Assembly: GCA_043228905.1 (NCBI GenBank) | Contig: JBHGNT010000017.1 | Coordinates: 14,074,001-14,138,000 of the forward strand | Origin: Azolla caroliniana | Lineage: Eukaryota > Plantae > Polypodiophyta | Direction: 5' to 3' | Length of the DNA: 64,000 nt | Shown: piece by piece, positions 23,739 to 37,967 of the stretch | How positions within the stretch are numbered: the first letter of the stretch is position 1 | Layout: every line of letters begins with the position of its first letter | The notes under the pieces: generated by a model | The model's database searches: none | Seen by the model: the letters and a program-made list of their open reading frames with translations, nothing else | What the model was told of the DNA's origin: nothing | Translations under genes and position numbers: made by a program

Positions 23739-24342
23739 CCGAATTAACTACGCTGTCGAGGTATTCCTCGCAGATGCGTGGAACGAGGCGGGACCTCGGG
23801 GGTCTTGTACCGAAGAGCAAGAGAGAAAAGGAGAGGGGAAGAGACCCACAAGGTGCGAGCGTAGATTCACAGGGACACGGCCCTTCGACACAGAGACGCG
23901 AGTGCGACAACGACACAGAGAGACACGAATGTATGTAGAAATATATATAAACAAGACAAACAACAAGCACGAAGTTGGTTACAACCGAACAGGCCGGCGA
24001 ACAGATGTCGATGCCTGTTCGTAAACGTACAGAAAGGAAGAAGTAGGTTGGAGGTGCTGCCGGAAGCACTCGGGCATTCCTCAGAGCAGCGCGAGCCTCC
24101 CGAAACCTGCACAGAAAGAAGCTATGGAGTTTGGAAGAGAGAGAAGCCTTCCACCCACAATCCGACAGCACTTCGTCCTCTCTTACTTCGCGATCCCCAT
24201 TCCCCTCCTCGTCTCCCTCCTTTTATAGGCAAGGAAGGAGTCGTTTCCTATTAACTTCCTACCTACCGAGGATCGTGCATGAAGAGCCGGTTCCTACGCT
24301 CCGGTGCACCGATTCCGCTTGTGGACGGTTTTCTTCACGACA
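20423..24342 (+). mobile_element. Element C: 3' part (RT-RH-IN, PPT, 3' LTR) of a third member of the A/B family
   Basis: Fragmented ORFs 20588-23536 homologous to the pol of B; PPT AGAGGGGGCAAG; LTR from TGTCGTAGTG (23593, repeated at 23677) to CTTCACGACA (24342). Confidence 0.9.
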
Positions 24343-25001
24343 ACGCAGAAATAAATAAAAGAAAATATTAAAAATATTGTTACATGCATAGGGCAAGATT
24401 CAAACCCTATACCTCCATGTAAACAAACCCAAACTTTATCATTGTACTAACTGATCATAAATTATCTAAACATAGATTTAATAGGTATAAGACTTATATT
24501 TACGCCTACTTTTACAAAAAAAAAGTAAATCATGCACTTTTAGAGTGCGTGAAAACTTTATTTGGAAGAAAAACGCAAGCCAATTACTCGTGCACATCTA
24601 GTGTGCATGAGCACTATATTTAGGAAATAAAAAAAGCATGATTGAGAAAGGCAACTCATGCACATCTAGTGTGCATGAACACTTTAGGGAAGAGCATGAT
24701 GCAATGATTAGTCTCTTCCATCACTATATAAGGAAGAGAGAAAAGATGTATATGGTTGTTAATTTTTATAAGGTTTGATTAATATAAAATATTCGTGGGA
24801 TTCAGGATTTTGCCATCTATTTCTCTCTTACAATCGAAGTATCAATTAGTACACTATACTCGTGGGATTCGCAATTTTCATATCTTCTTCTTCCAATCTT
24901 TTCCTAACTAACATTATCTCATATTCTTCTTTCTCCTAGTCCAAAACCCCAGTGGTTCCCACCCAACTCACGCAAACAATCCGGCGCCGAAAGGCATGAC
25001 A
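24343..25001 (+). mobile_element. Element D: LTR 3' fragment distantly related to the B LTR, interrupted by C
   Basis: Shares the B LTR layout: AAGATTCAAACC box, CATG-rich region, TATA plus purine run, CCAAAACCCCAGTGGTTCC near the end, terminal CATGACA. Confidence 0.65.
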
Positions 25002-26290
25002 ACGTAGTGTTTACGATTGTCAGTCAGGTTGTCTCTTGTCATCATGGGCTTCCTACGCACCCTCGTGTTAAACCGAATTTCAATCAAGCTTCCACCTCGA
25101 ATCCCAAATGTTGTGACTCTAATGATCCTCGCTCTCTTGATCATTTTATCGTATTTTGGAGCTCCTCTACCAAATAAAAATAATAAGGTTTTTTAAACGC
25201 CCATCACAAAATAATAAGTTTTTTCCTTCTAACATGTACTTTTCCTTATCTTAGCAAGTGGACCTCGTGCTAACAAAATGTTTATCAAACTGTCCATCCA
25301 TTTCACTATACTCTCTTTCTCATTATAGATCACATATTCCCTTCAAAGGTCCTAACAAGGTTCAAAACCTTGACCTCATCATTGCAAGCATTAGCTCTTG
25401 CCACTTGAGTTAACTTTAATTGCTATCATATTATACTTTAATTTATAGGGAAAAGTACCAGGATACCCCTGGAAGTTCGTCTATTTACCAGAATGCCCCT
25501 GGAAGTTCCAAATTTACCAAACTACCCCTATGTCCAAAAAATTACACTTTATAAAGTAATTATACACTCAAATCTTTGGTAAATAGGGCTAGTTTGGGTT
25601 TATTTCTTCCATCTTTGGTAAATAGAGCTTGTAGATTTGAGTGTATAATTAATTTATAAACTGTAATTTTTTGGACATAGGGGTAGTTTGGTAAATTTGG
25701 AACTTCCAAGGGCATTCTAGTAAATAGACGAACTTCCAGGGGTATCCTGGTACTTTTCCCTAATTTATATCATTGATCAAACTGATCTACCACAATCTTG
25801 AATTCTAGAAACTTTCCTCTCACATGTTGTGTCATGACAATGTAATGTGAAGACCACAAGATCATGTTTGTTGTTAGAATATTGAAACCATGGTTCATTT
25901 TAGATCTCCAACCTAATTAATGATGTTGCATTTTAATTATATTTCTCTTCACCCAATGTTCCATGTATCATGTTTGGAGTCTTGTGCCTCTAATTGTGTT
26001 CCAAATATCATACTTTCGTTGGTGCCTTTGGTTCAACATGTTCATGGTTCAACATGTTCATGGTCCAAAGTAAGAGGTTGAAGCAATTTTGGACTCCAAA
26101 GTTGTGCACAAGACACTACATTACTTGGTGCCAGGTGGATTAGTTGGGTTACATTCTCAATTATCATACTTGGAAAACCAACAAAAGGTTTGCTAATACT
26201 CCAACTCATGTCAAAGAATTTCATCAATAATAACTTGATAAGCTCAAGCCCAATTTGTGCATTGTGACTCATTAAACTCTTGGGGAGCCT
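25002..26290 (+). mobile_element. Old degenerate Tcn1-like chromovirus remnant (integrase, LTR-like piece, chromodomain)
   Basis: GTCATCATGGGCTTCCT (HHGLP), TTAATGATGTTGCATTT (INDVAF-like) and GAGGTTGAAGCAATTTTGGACTCCAAA (EVEAILDSK) parallel the integrase and chromodomain of E. Confidence 0.6.
25448..25760. mobile_element. Mutator-like (MULE) MITE / foldback element
   Basis: About 125-bp TIRs starting GGGAAAAGTACCAGGATACCCC; 9-bp TSD TAATTTATA at 25439-25447 and 25761-25769. Confidence 0.92.
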
Positions 26291-29200
26291 CATCTAGTAT
26301 AGGTCAACAACAATTACATTATTTGTAATTTTCAAACATATTACGTTCTAAGTTTTGCATTAGTGTAATACTATTTAGTGTTGTATTGCTTAGTTGTGTC
26401 AAGTTCTTTTTTCTTGGTGAATAAGGTTTCGAAGATAAATCCTCATGATTTACCAAATATTTTATGATGATTACATTGTCATTTAAACCCATAAGTTCTT
26501 TCAAGCAAGGAACACAAAAAATAGAAATTTGGGCCTTGGATAGATTATGTGAAGGAACACCTAACGAAAGACTTGTTGTGAATGATGTAACAACATGCAT
26601 CCAAAAAAGGGCTAACACAAATCAACATGTTTAAAGCAATAACAAGGAATCATAAGGACAAAGTCGTAAAATATAGTATGGAGTTGGAGATTGATGTCTA
26701 CTTCGATTAAAGTTTTGAGGATTTATTATCTATCATGTCCATGATAGTATAAGACGGCCCAAAGAAGCAAAGTATTTAGGGGTGTTCATACTCTCCATGG
26801 AATTGTCCAACATGCTTGTCAAGGTAATTAGCGAAATGTCATAATATTGATTTTGTACCTAGAAAATCAAGGTTAGAAGACACGCTAATTGTAATCCAAA
26901 TTTGTAATTAATATATCGATGGGTGATTCATGGGTGGGTGGGTGGGTGGGTGTATTGGAAATACATTAAGCAATTATGTTATGGATACATAATTAAGTAA
27001 ATTTGTGAATCGCATTAAGTAATCATACAATACATGCATTTCCCTCATTCCATTTCAGTTGCTCTTTCTCCTGGTGACTTCTTTACACACCCATAGATTT
27101 CTTCTCTGCATTGCGCGTTCTTCGAAACTATATAACATTTGTTAAGTTTAATATATAACATCATCAATTGCCTCATTTTGTATAGTCTCATTTGAAAAAT
27201 GCACATTAAGTGTGTACAAACCAGTTGCTTGTATTTGTAACAAATCATTTGTGGTTATTCACAAGACCGCATTTATTATTATACAAAAAAGATTCAGAAA
27301 TGAGTATTTGGAATAGAGCAAATAATGAAATTTTCAATTTAGCGATGTTTTTAACACAACATGCATTTAAAAAACATATGTTTCAAAAAACAAGACATTT
27401 TGGGATTTTCATCATCTTTTAAGGAGTCTTTAAAGGTTACCCATTAGTAGGGAAATTTGTGAATTTACCTATAGTGAACCCGTTCATGTCATTTATGGCA
27501 CTATATGAGGTGCATGTAAAGTGATGGCGAATTTCACTTCTTTTCATGTGTGTGTTTGTTTTGGTTTTTAATTACAAGTTGACGTATTGTCCAATATAGA
27601 TCAAGGTTGCTCATGATAAGGAAAATGCATTTCACCATTCATTGCATTAGGACTCATAATAAGGGGATCCCCTTCCCAGTATTCATTTACTATGGATGAA
27701 GGCGTTGATGTTAATGTTCCACATAATATGATAGTGAAGGTGATAATGACAAAGGAAAAGAGAAGAATGTGTGTTTTGTTATTACATACATTACAATGTG
27801 TGATGATAACCATGGGATAAATTTGTTGATGTTTGTCTTGTAAAATGTGAAATGCTTCAACATCAATGTCTTTACAAGAGATAAATATGGAACATTTGGA
27901 CTATCTGTTATTGACTTTGCATCTGCTGTGTTTGAAGAAAAAGGCAACTTGAAGAGTTTTAATGAAATTTTGGACTATCTATTATTGACTTTCCATTTTA
28001 CATATGTCCATATATGAAAAAGGCAACCAAAAGCCTCTAATCAACACAAAATGATAGTTCGAACCTTCAACATCGAAATGAGAAATTGGTTGGCCACAAT
28101 GATACTTAAAACTCTCCCTGCCAAATTGCAAAAGGTAACTTCTAAAGGCTGACTCTCTGTCTTCTTAGCATATTATTAGACTGTATGGTTCTGGGCCTTG
28201 GCTAATGTTTTTTAGGCATAAATGTATGTATATCTTTTTTCCGTATGTTTTAACTCAACCTTCGTACGTCAATTGTTATATAGTTTCCCATACTGGAGTA
28301 TGATTGTGTACTTCCCTTTCATTTTTCATTTGATGTAATTATATGCACTCTACGAAGTGAAGCTTTGAAATCAATGTGTTTGTAGTGTGCACCTTTTTTA
28401 GTAGGCGAATTATAGGCAGGAAATCATGCTACAAATCTTGGGTGCTAGATTTTATTTTAGTCTAGCCGTGATCAACGTTGGTGTGTGCACGCCCATCTTC
28501 GTTTCACAACGTGCGAATTTAATGATTTATACTTTGTGCGAGGATCAGCCAATGCAAATATTAAGTAGGGTTACACAATGATGAATGAAAAAAAACACTT
28601 GTAGTTCATTTGTTGTAGTTTAGGCATTAGAGTAGGTGCGAGAGAGCAAATCATTGCATTTCTATTTGACAGTGAAACCATCCATTGAAGGGCATTTCTC
28701 TCTAATGATGAAATCGTTCATCAAAGGTCTTGTATGGCTATAGTCCGAAGATTAGTGTAGGCATTCATTGTGTTTACCCTTTACGTGCGTTATGACCTTA
28801 GTAAAGTGTTTTAAGTTGTGCACATTATCATTGCATATAACTTTCCGCATTTAATGTATGCAAAACAAGTCTCTCGAGGGGTTGTCTCAGCCTTAAATTT
28901 GAATCTTAAGGGTTGTTCGGGTTGTCAATTTGAAAAGGCAAGCTTTCATGAAAGGAACATTGAAGCCTAGTGTTACACTAGTGAGTGTGCTGCCATTGTG
29001 GAGCTTTCAACTTTTTAAGCTTCAAGGTTTACAAGGCCATCATCAACATAATTATTCAAATTTACACGAGAAAATATACGACGAATTTTGAAAAAATATA
29101 TCAAGCTACCATACCTTATTGATATGCTTTAGTCACTCATTGATTTAGCATTAAGTGGCTTAGCTAAAAAGTCTAATAAATACTTGTTAATAGTTATAGA

Positions 29201-30957
29201 AGCTAAACTTACTGAAATGCCCTAAAATGCAAATATATATGTATACAATGGATTGAATGTGGAATACATACTCCAGAGTCCACACACACATATATAGTGC
29301 GCACACTATATGTACGTTGCTTCAAGTCTATTCTTTGGTCATCAAGTAGCTTCGGTTTCACTTATTAACCCCTTTGTAAGAGTTTTCACACTTGTATGAA
29401 ACCCATCTATGTGCTTATTTCTCACTATGGATGAATACATACACACCTTTTGGGGGAAATTTATCTCGCTATTCAAATCTGGAGCAACATCGGTCACAAA
29501 ATTATAGCAAGTGTGATTGAATATCCAACGTTTACAACAATGCATTGTGATGTGCCCTAAATTTATATATAGATCACTTCCATGTTGATGTATTTCTCGT
29601 AATACATTGCACATGAAGTGCAACTAATTAGAATTGACGTGATTGATGTGAACAATTGTATACCCACGAAGCACATAATAATGAAGCAAGTAAATTACAC
29701 CCTAAATATGAACTAAGATTATCATGGTAGACATTATGTTCACTCTACAAATATCAACGCTATCGTGTGCATTGCTCTCCCGTACTCATCATTTGTTATA
29801 TCCATAAAAAATGTCACATCTTTATTTTATGTCGAGATCTTCAGGAGTGTTAATCTAGGTCGAGATGATCATGACTAAAACTTTCCCTTACGGTCAAAGA
29901 CATGTGAAGTGATGAGAAAGCTTACTGATATGTGTTCTCTAAACATGGGTGTCTGTGTTGTAAGCTATATATGACATATTGCCAATGGTGTGTTCTTGAA
30001 TCTTAAATGTGCACGATGTGGTCTATATTGATGAGGAAACAAATATAACATAGGATTATGGTATCATGTGGGACATACCCAAGGAGCATACACTAATCCA
30101 TCAACAAAGCGCAACAAGATGTCCACGAAATAGAAGCATGCACAATTAAGATGGAAGAAGGTATAGATGGTCTCCAAAAAGGTACTCGAGTAAATCAATG
30201 CAAAAATAAGATGTTGCACTTGTAAGTGAGATCAAGGAATACATTCATCATATGAGAGAGAAAGAGAAAGAAAAGAATTGTGTTTTGGGGAATATCATCA
30301 GCTTTATCTTTTTGTGCAACACTTGTCTTTTGTCGAGAAAAATCTTGCTTTTTGTTCTGTTTGCATGTAAATGAGGGGGGGGAGGAAACAAAAGGTTAAA
30401 GTCAGAGAACTCACCAGTGACTATTCTTCAAATTCCTTGCTTCCTTGTCAAAATTTGTAAAGTATCATTGCTTATACACACACATATCCCACTTCACCCA
30501 GCAATGAACATGTATTTGCGTGCTTTATGTCTTCATACTCGTGTATTTCTATGATAGTCATTGGTCAGTATTGAATGTTGAGGAAACTTTTGTAAGAGTT
30601 AGAGAGAGAGAGAGAGAGTGTGTGTGTGTGTGTGTGTGTGGTTTTCTACAAATTCTATGATGCATTACAAAAAAATTATGGGTGTGCTAAGTTCATTCAT
30701 GTGAAACTCATTTGTTGTGTCTGTCGTTTGCTACAAATTCTATCATGCATTACAAATAAAACTATGTGTGTGCTAAGTCAGTCCATTCATGTGAAATTCA
30801 TTTGTTCGTACTTGGTTTGTAGCATGCAAGTTCAAGCCTTTGGAAGTTCCATTCCCTACTTGTAATGTTCCTCTACATCTCAAAATAGTGCTCAAATTTG
30901 TTGTTGTATTGGTTTCCCAATTGATTGATCAATTAATGTAGGACATGCACCTTTGGC

Positions 30958-31145
30958 TATTGAAGATATATTCTCTTCCTAAACTGAACATGGATTAAAA
31001 ATGTGTCTCTATTGATAAGCTATTGAATATATGGTCTCTTCCTAAACCAAACATGGATTGAATAGGGTTTAGGGTTTAGAAATGTGTCTCTATTATTGAA
31101 TATATAGTTTCTTTCTAAACCAAACATGGATTGAATATGTGTCGT
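30958..31145. repeat. Three degenerate tandem units of about 60-70 bp, with a short TTTAGGG insert
   Basis: TATTGAA...CTAAAC...AACATGGATT occurs three times; TAGGGTTTAGGGTTTAG at 31063-31079. Confidence 0.7.
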
Positions 31146-34100
31146 TAACGATTGGCTAGGTTCAATCTATACTAGAAACTTATAATAGTATATCACATGT
31201 GCAATGTTGTAACTTGTAACTGATACCAAACTATTGAGTGGTATGAGTTATGACTTTACGATACAAGATTGATGATCTTCTATCTTGCTTTTTCTTCTAA
31301 TCAAGCTCTTCTATTGAAACTCTTCTTACCAATTGGTATTAATGTATCCACTCTCTTTATATCATAGTTTTCATGCAACTTTACTCTAAATTTGTTTTGT
31401 GTGTTTGTGTTCCAAACCAATTAATTTGCAAACAAGATACTAAAACTACGAATACTGCCGATTCACTTGGACTAACACATATCCAAACTGTAAGGAGGTT
31501 TTGAGCCTAACAATAATGCCGCAAACTATCATTCTTGCTTCCTAATGGTAATGGCGTTCAAATCTTACTAGTTAGCAATAATGGTCAATTACACTAGATC
31601 TCTTTAGAGAGAGCCAACGTGTACACATATAGTTCCTTGCTAACATAACTAACAAGCAATGACCAATTATATTCCTCTAGATAGAGCCAATGTGTACACA
31701 TCTAGTTCATGGAGGACATTTAGAATGGTAACACTAGCAAGTTACAAAAACGAAACCACCAACTTCTATTACTTTATCTGTTAGAGTTTGTTTTGTTTTA
31801 ACGTATATTTTATTACATCAATCACTCTAGTGTACATTTGGGTTTCATATGCCTTTCGCCTCTTTTGATATCTCTAACTAGAGCCATTATGCCCCATGTG
31901 ATTATATTGAATCCTTTAACATTATTAGTTTTTCCCTCTCCCCCAAGTTTCCAAAGAATAATAGGTAGAGAGAAACTCATTGAAATAACTTGAATGGATA
32001 AGGGACCATCGTTTTATTTTGTAGACATCAATTTGCCGACCCTTGAATGCTTGGATATCATTGAAAAACGGATTGAAAAGCAAGTGTATGTTTTGAAAAC
32101 TCCAATGCCATTTTACTTTTCCATAACATTAATTGTAACAAGTTTATTCGTGCCAATATTTCATGTTACTATTTGCTACAACGTCTCAAATCCTCTACAT
32201 TGAGAATAAATGTCAAGTTCCAAATGTAAGGAAGTTATGCTACTTGTGATGCTTAAACTTGTAAAGTGTTTGATTGTCACATGTGATAGTGTTCTAATTA
32301 CATTTAAGTAGTGATAACTCTGGTCTTCTAAAATATTTGGTCTATAGAATGAACTAGGTAAGTTGTTCAAGAATCTCATTTTTAGTGTTAGGATGACCAC
32401 AACCATTGCCCATCATGCATAAAAAGTTTAACATCCCATCGCCTGTTGAATGCATTTATATACAATATCGCCTCAATGTTTCCAATAATAACGACAAGGT
32501 GGAAGCATGGTTGCTCATGAGTGTATATGTATTATTATGGGTTGAAACCAGTCATTCAAAAGTAACTCATCAAACGAATAACAACATGTTGCAAATACAA
32601 ATTATATAAAAATGAACATAGAGTCACTTCACTACCTCCCCCCCCTCCCCCATATCATTGGACAAGACATAGTTTCCTTTTTGTGTCGCTCGTTACTAGC
32701 CACACTCAATTTGTCCTTGAGATTGGAGTCTTGAACACGTGGGAATTTGATCGATGAAAACTTTCCAAAATCAAGTGAGTATATTAAAATTCTGTATTTA
32801 AAAACAAAAAAGTTTCCACGAATTTAAAGGGTAAGGAGCTTATTTGTGCAACCTTTGATGCTCTTATATCCTAGACTTTTAGCATTGTCTTTATTGAGAA
32901 CTGTTATCATCGTCATCAAATATCCTAGTAACAAGAACAAACTCCATCCATCGTAATCTATAATATACATATACTATTGATGGCTTAAATTTCCAAGAAT
33001 GTCATCCAGAGCATTACAATAGGGGCACATTGAGAATCTTAGTTTTTAGAGATGTAGACAATGTGGTGGTGTCACAGAGAATGCATGCCAATTTCAAACT
33101 GGATTAGTAGATTATCTTTTGTGTATGCGATGTGTTGATGTTTGGAATAATGACATCGTATTGAATGAATTACTAGTAAATATGTTTATTACTAAAAAGC
33201 CTAAAAGGCAAGCCGGACTGTAAGCTTTTCTCCTTCTTCCCAAACACATATGTATATGTAACATTTCTCCACTACACGGTTAAAAGAAATTCACTACCTT
33301 TTTCTATTACAAGATCAAGAGCAAGTACACATAAACTTTATTTGAGATTGTCTCTACAATGTTTCGATGCCATCATTATTAAATATGAAAAATACACGAC
33401 AAACAATAGTGACTAACCACCTTTACGCTCTCAAGAGCAAGTTAGATTGTGATCAAGACCATGATGGGTAAAAGACTTTGTGACCAAAGCCTTTGGAAAC
33501 TTGGGGGAAAAAAGAAGGGAAGGAGACTGACATTGAAAACAAGCACAATGCGAACGAGGTGAAGGCAACTAAGAGCAAATAAAAAGTAGAGATCGTTGTA
33601 CAACTAGCTAGATGTCACTAAGCCGATGAAGAGTTTCGTGCATGAGGTTTAGTTCTCTCATGTTCAACATGAAACATAAGAAAAAAAGTATGAAAAAAGG
33701 AAGAAGTTCACATAGCTTACGATTAGTAAAAGAGAACAGACAACAAGAGAAGTTAATGTGTGGCACAAGTTATTACATGGAACATGAGCAAAAAAGATGC
33801 ACAAATCATTAAATGATGAAAATCATTACAAGGAGAGTGTTGGCTCTTCATGTGAAAACGTTTTAGTACCATATTTTCAAGACCAAACATAGAGCATTTC
33901 TATAAGACTAAACCCCAATATGTTTAGATAGACGATGTGATAAGTAATGGACTAAACTTTATTCATTTCCTTTTTCTTGGGATAATACCTATCATAAACA
34001 TTGAGAGAATATATAGGATAGCGCATATCCAAGTTTATTTCTCTCTTTGGACTTTAATCTTGATCATTGTTGGAACCTCTTTGTCTCTCTCTTGCTTTGG

Positions 34101-37100
34101 TTGTGGACTTGGTAACTTAGGTTGTGGCATCAACATCATAATTAAGAGAGGCCAAGTTTGATCCTTGTCATGGGCTTGACCCAATCCCTTGTGTCATTTC
34201 GGTCTCGTATGGATGTTAACAATACATATAATGAAGCATCTATTTTCTCTCTCATGGATATCTATATATACTTTAGGGAATATGGCCTTTTTATGTCTAG
34301 TGTTCTTAATGCATGAGCCAATATGTGGCCATCCATTCGCAGGAACGCCTGACACACATTTGCTTGCCCATAGATGGAGCAATAATATTACCACCCCTAT
34401 TTGTGCACGAATGTTAGACGAGTCGCTCACACCATCTTCATATCCATAACATACTTGTAGATCTCGATTACATTAATTGTCACACTTTCTCTTGGAATTC
34501 ACATTATGATACTATGTGATTTAGTAAAGATGTTTGCATCTTTGTAACATACTTGTAGAATTTGATTACATCAATCATCACAATTGCTCTGAGTGATTTA
34601 ATAAGATACATGACTATCTCTATAAACAAAAAGGTTAGATCATACTATAGACATATATGATCATGGCTTTTCACACGTCTATCTTACATTATTACATTTC
34701 TCCCTCCTCTCTATACAAAAAATCTATCAAAACAAAAAGTTGTGTCTCCTACTCACCTCCCACCCTCCCTTCTTTGTAGCCTGTAGGCCACAGGATCGGT
34801 TCGTTTTTGCTGGTGATGAAGGGCACTAGTTTATAGCTACAGGTACCTACTTACATTAAGTACATCGTTAGTTTGAAAGGATATGTACGTAGTTTGATAT
34901 TCTTGAACTCGGTAAGAGGGTAATTCCCCAATTTATGTATAAGCCACCTTGTATAGTCTTTCTATAATAATATCTCATAACTAATGGGAAAGTAGCTTCT
35001 TTTTGGGAAAAAAAAGTGATGTCTCCAAGTGAAGTTGTTTAATGGAGGATGCTCTTTGGCCACAAAAATGGTGGGTGGAGAGGTAGAAAAACAATTTGAA
35101 ATGTATGTTACTTTGGCAATTCTCATTGTTTTGGCTATTCTCATTTTTTGGAAACCTCAATGATGCTATCATATGAGGAGATCCAAATGTGTGAGTTGGG
35201 AATACATCGTATTGGCCTTTTTATCACATGGCTTCTTAAAGTCTATGGGATCTTGATTGAGAGGCCAAGATCGTTTGTCTTTTAATTATACGTAGTTGTT
35301 TTTTTTGTTTCATAGTTAATACAATTCAATTTATAGAAACAAAGCTATTTGAATACATGTCTTTCATCTTTTAATGTGAATGAATATTTTGAAATGCAAC
35401 TATAATTGGACAAACTTATTGTTGTATGATTCTATTAATGTATGTATAGCGACTCCAAACTTTCATAAGAAGGCAAAAACAACACATCTCGGCTATAGTA
35501 ATGATTTCAAAATGCCGCTTCAATGCATTTAGTAATGCAACTTGGTTTCTCAATATCATGTAGCCTACATGCCAACACTTTTCATGAAAGAAAATTTAGC
35601 AATGATATCAAAATGCCAATTCAATGCATTTCCCAATGCAACTTGGTTTCTCAATGTCTTGTAGTCTACATGCTAGCACTTTCATCTAATCGATTTCATC
35701 ATCTATTAGTGTAATTATGTTCGGTAATATGTGAATATGTCATCTGGTATATACAAGAAGATGCCATGTGTGTGTTTGTTTTGTCCAATATAACCCACTC
35801 AAAGGAAAGAGATCATAGAGCTTTGAGACAAAGATGTGCCAATATGAACTCCTCAAACAAGCACGGCCCTTGAAACTTGGCACACCGCATCACTTTCTCC
35901 TGGAGAAGCTCACCCTAACACAACTCATGTATTCACATAAGAGAATTCAAAAACATTTAGCAATGCAAAACAAATGGTAAGTAGTCGTGTACCAATTGGA
36001 TCCTTTATGAAGTTGTAGTGCCATCTACTTCATAGAATGATAATCACGGATTATGAGAAAGTAGAGAAGTTCTATAGTTCAAAATACTCGTCCACAAGAG
36101 ACCTATGGCAATCTATGAGACAAGGCCTTGCCCATGGCAAGGATCGAGCTTAGGCTCTCTAAGTTTAAGTGAAGGGTTAATTGAAGTTCTAGATCAAATG
36201 AATGACCCAGATCATTAACAAACATTAACAAACATCAAAGCGTGAATGCAAAGTTAATTTAATTATTTATGCTACTCTCATAATTTCAAGTTGTTTAAAG
36301 TTTTCAAAATTTTAAGGCTCCATGCTATGGCATAGTGCAATAACCTATCTCGATGATAATCTCAAGGCAATCAAGAAACAAAATGCATACAAATAATCGG
36401 GAACAATCATGCAAACATATGATATGTCAAAACAAAGTATTCTGCTTAATGACACAATATACACTTGAGGCAAAACATATTTGACTAGAGAGCTATCTAT
36501 AACGTGACATTATCTATACTTAACACTAAATTGCCTAATTAGAGAACAATAATCTATAATTTCTCTAATTCCCAATGACATCTTTGGATGCTCTCTTTTC
36601 TCTTTGACCACCAAGAGCTCACTTGGCCAAATACTTTGCTTTACTCAACTACCTCAAAGCCCCCAAGAAGAAAAACATTGATTTTGGAAACAATAATTAG
36701 CCTCAAATTTGTTCACATTATTTTGTACATCAATCCAAATCTCTCTCGTTAAATTCACTACGTTGCCATCAGCACTATCGCATGCGAATGTGATCCAAGG
36801 AACTTGTGCATCCACTTATAGCATTATAGACAAAGTAAGGCACCTCCTTGCATTGTCTTGCTCTAAGTTCCATATACTAAAACATTCATGAGATAAACAT
36901 GCAACATTAGAGAGAATAGATCCTATAGTGTCAAAACGAGTCTCTTGTGCAAAGGTCTTAACCATCTTGACCAGAATTAAGAAAGCAGTAATTACTCTTT
37001 ACTTCTCTAGGACAAAACAAACAAACCCCAATGAATTATGACAAAAGAGTACCATGTGTACCTCAAAAGCATGATATCTCTATTGACCTAAGATCATAGC

Positions 37101-37334
37101 AAAGCTACTCTCTTCCCTTAATTGCATAAGCACTCCTAAATTATGGAGCTTAACTTTGCATGTCGTCACCATGGAACTTGTCATTTGGAAGCGCTATGTC
37201 ATTAGGTGGAGGTTCATAGGAACGGGATGAAGCACACAAACATGTAGGAGAATAAACAAAACCCGATGGTGTAAGAAGCAATATCCCTGATAGTATTGGG
37301 GTAATTGAGTGTTGGTATGAACAAGCACGTGATG

Positions 37335-37361
37335 AAACCCTAAACCCTAAACCCTAAACCC
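37335..37361. repeat. Short interstitial telomere-like (AAACCCT)n
   Basis: AAACCCTAAACCCTAAACCCTAAACCC. Confidence 0.8.
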
Positions 37362-37967
37362 CTCTAAACAATAGTAGCACATGTCTTGTCCATCGTGTCG
37401 TTAGCCAAGACCACCAAGGAGTGAGTTTGCTTCGCAAAAACGATGTAAGAAAAAGGCAAAAAAATATTGATAGCCATGTGCATTATATGAAGCGGGTGCA
37501 TACATACAAAGCAATACAAATACAAGAAACATCAACAGGTGAATGAAGAAGGCCGGGCCTCAATGGCATGAACCCTAAACATCGGCATGAGGTGAAAAAA
37601 GCTTGGCGGCCTCAAGAGGTGTGGGGGGGTTTAGGGTTTAGTTGTCGAGGACTCATCAAGCAGAAGCTTCGGGGGTCATTCGTTATTATGAATAATGTTA
37701 GTATGTAGTCGATCCACGCAAAACTTTGAATTGTCCGGCAATAATGAGAAGTCCAGAGCTTCAAGTTCCGTGGCCATGGAAGCTATCTGTAACCCACAAC
37801 ATGTGCAACATGTGTGCACACATACAATAGATAATGTATGTGTGACAAGAGAAGTCCAAGAGCTGTTGAGAAGGTCCCCGAGTTCAAGACATGTTATGTT
37901 AGTTACAAGCGATATACATATAGAGTGTGGGGCACCCAGCCACTTGCTTAAAAGAAATGTCGGGACC

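Noticed and set aside
26300-37300. Short ORFs and faint LINE/Copia-like traces (about 32150-32450, 33400-34200, 36500-37100)
   Set aside because: Too degenerate to assign by eye; no coherent exon chain found.
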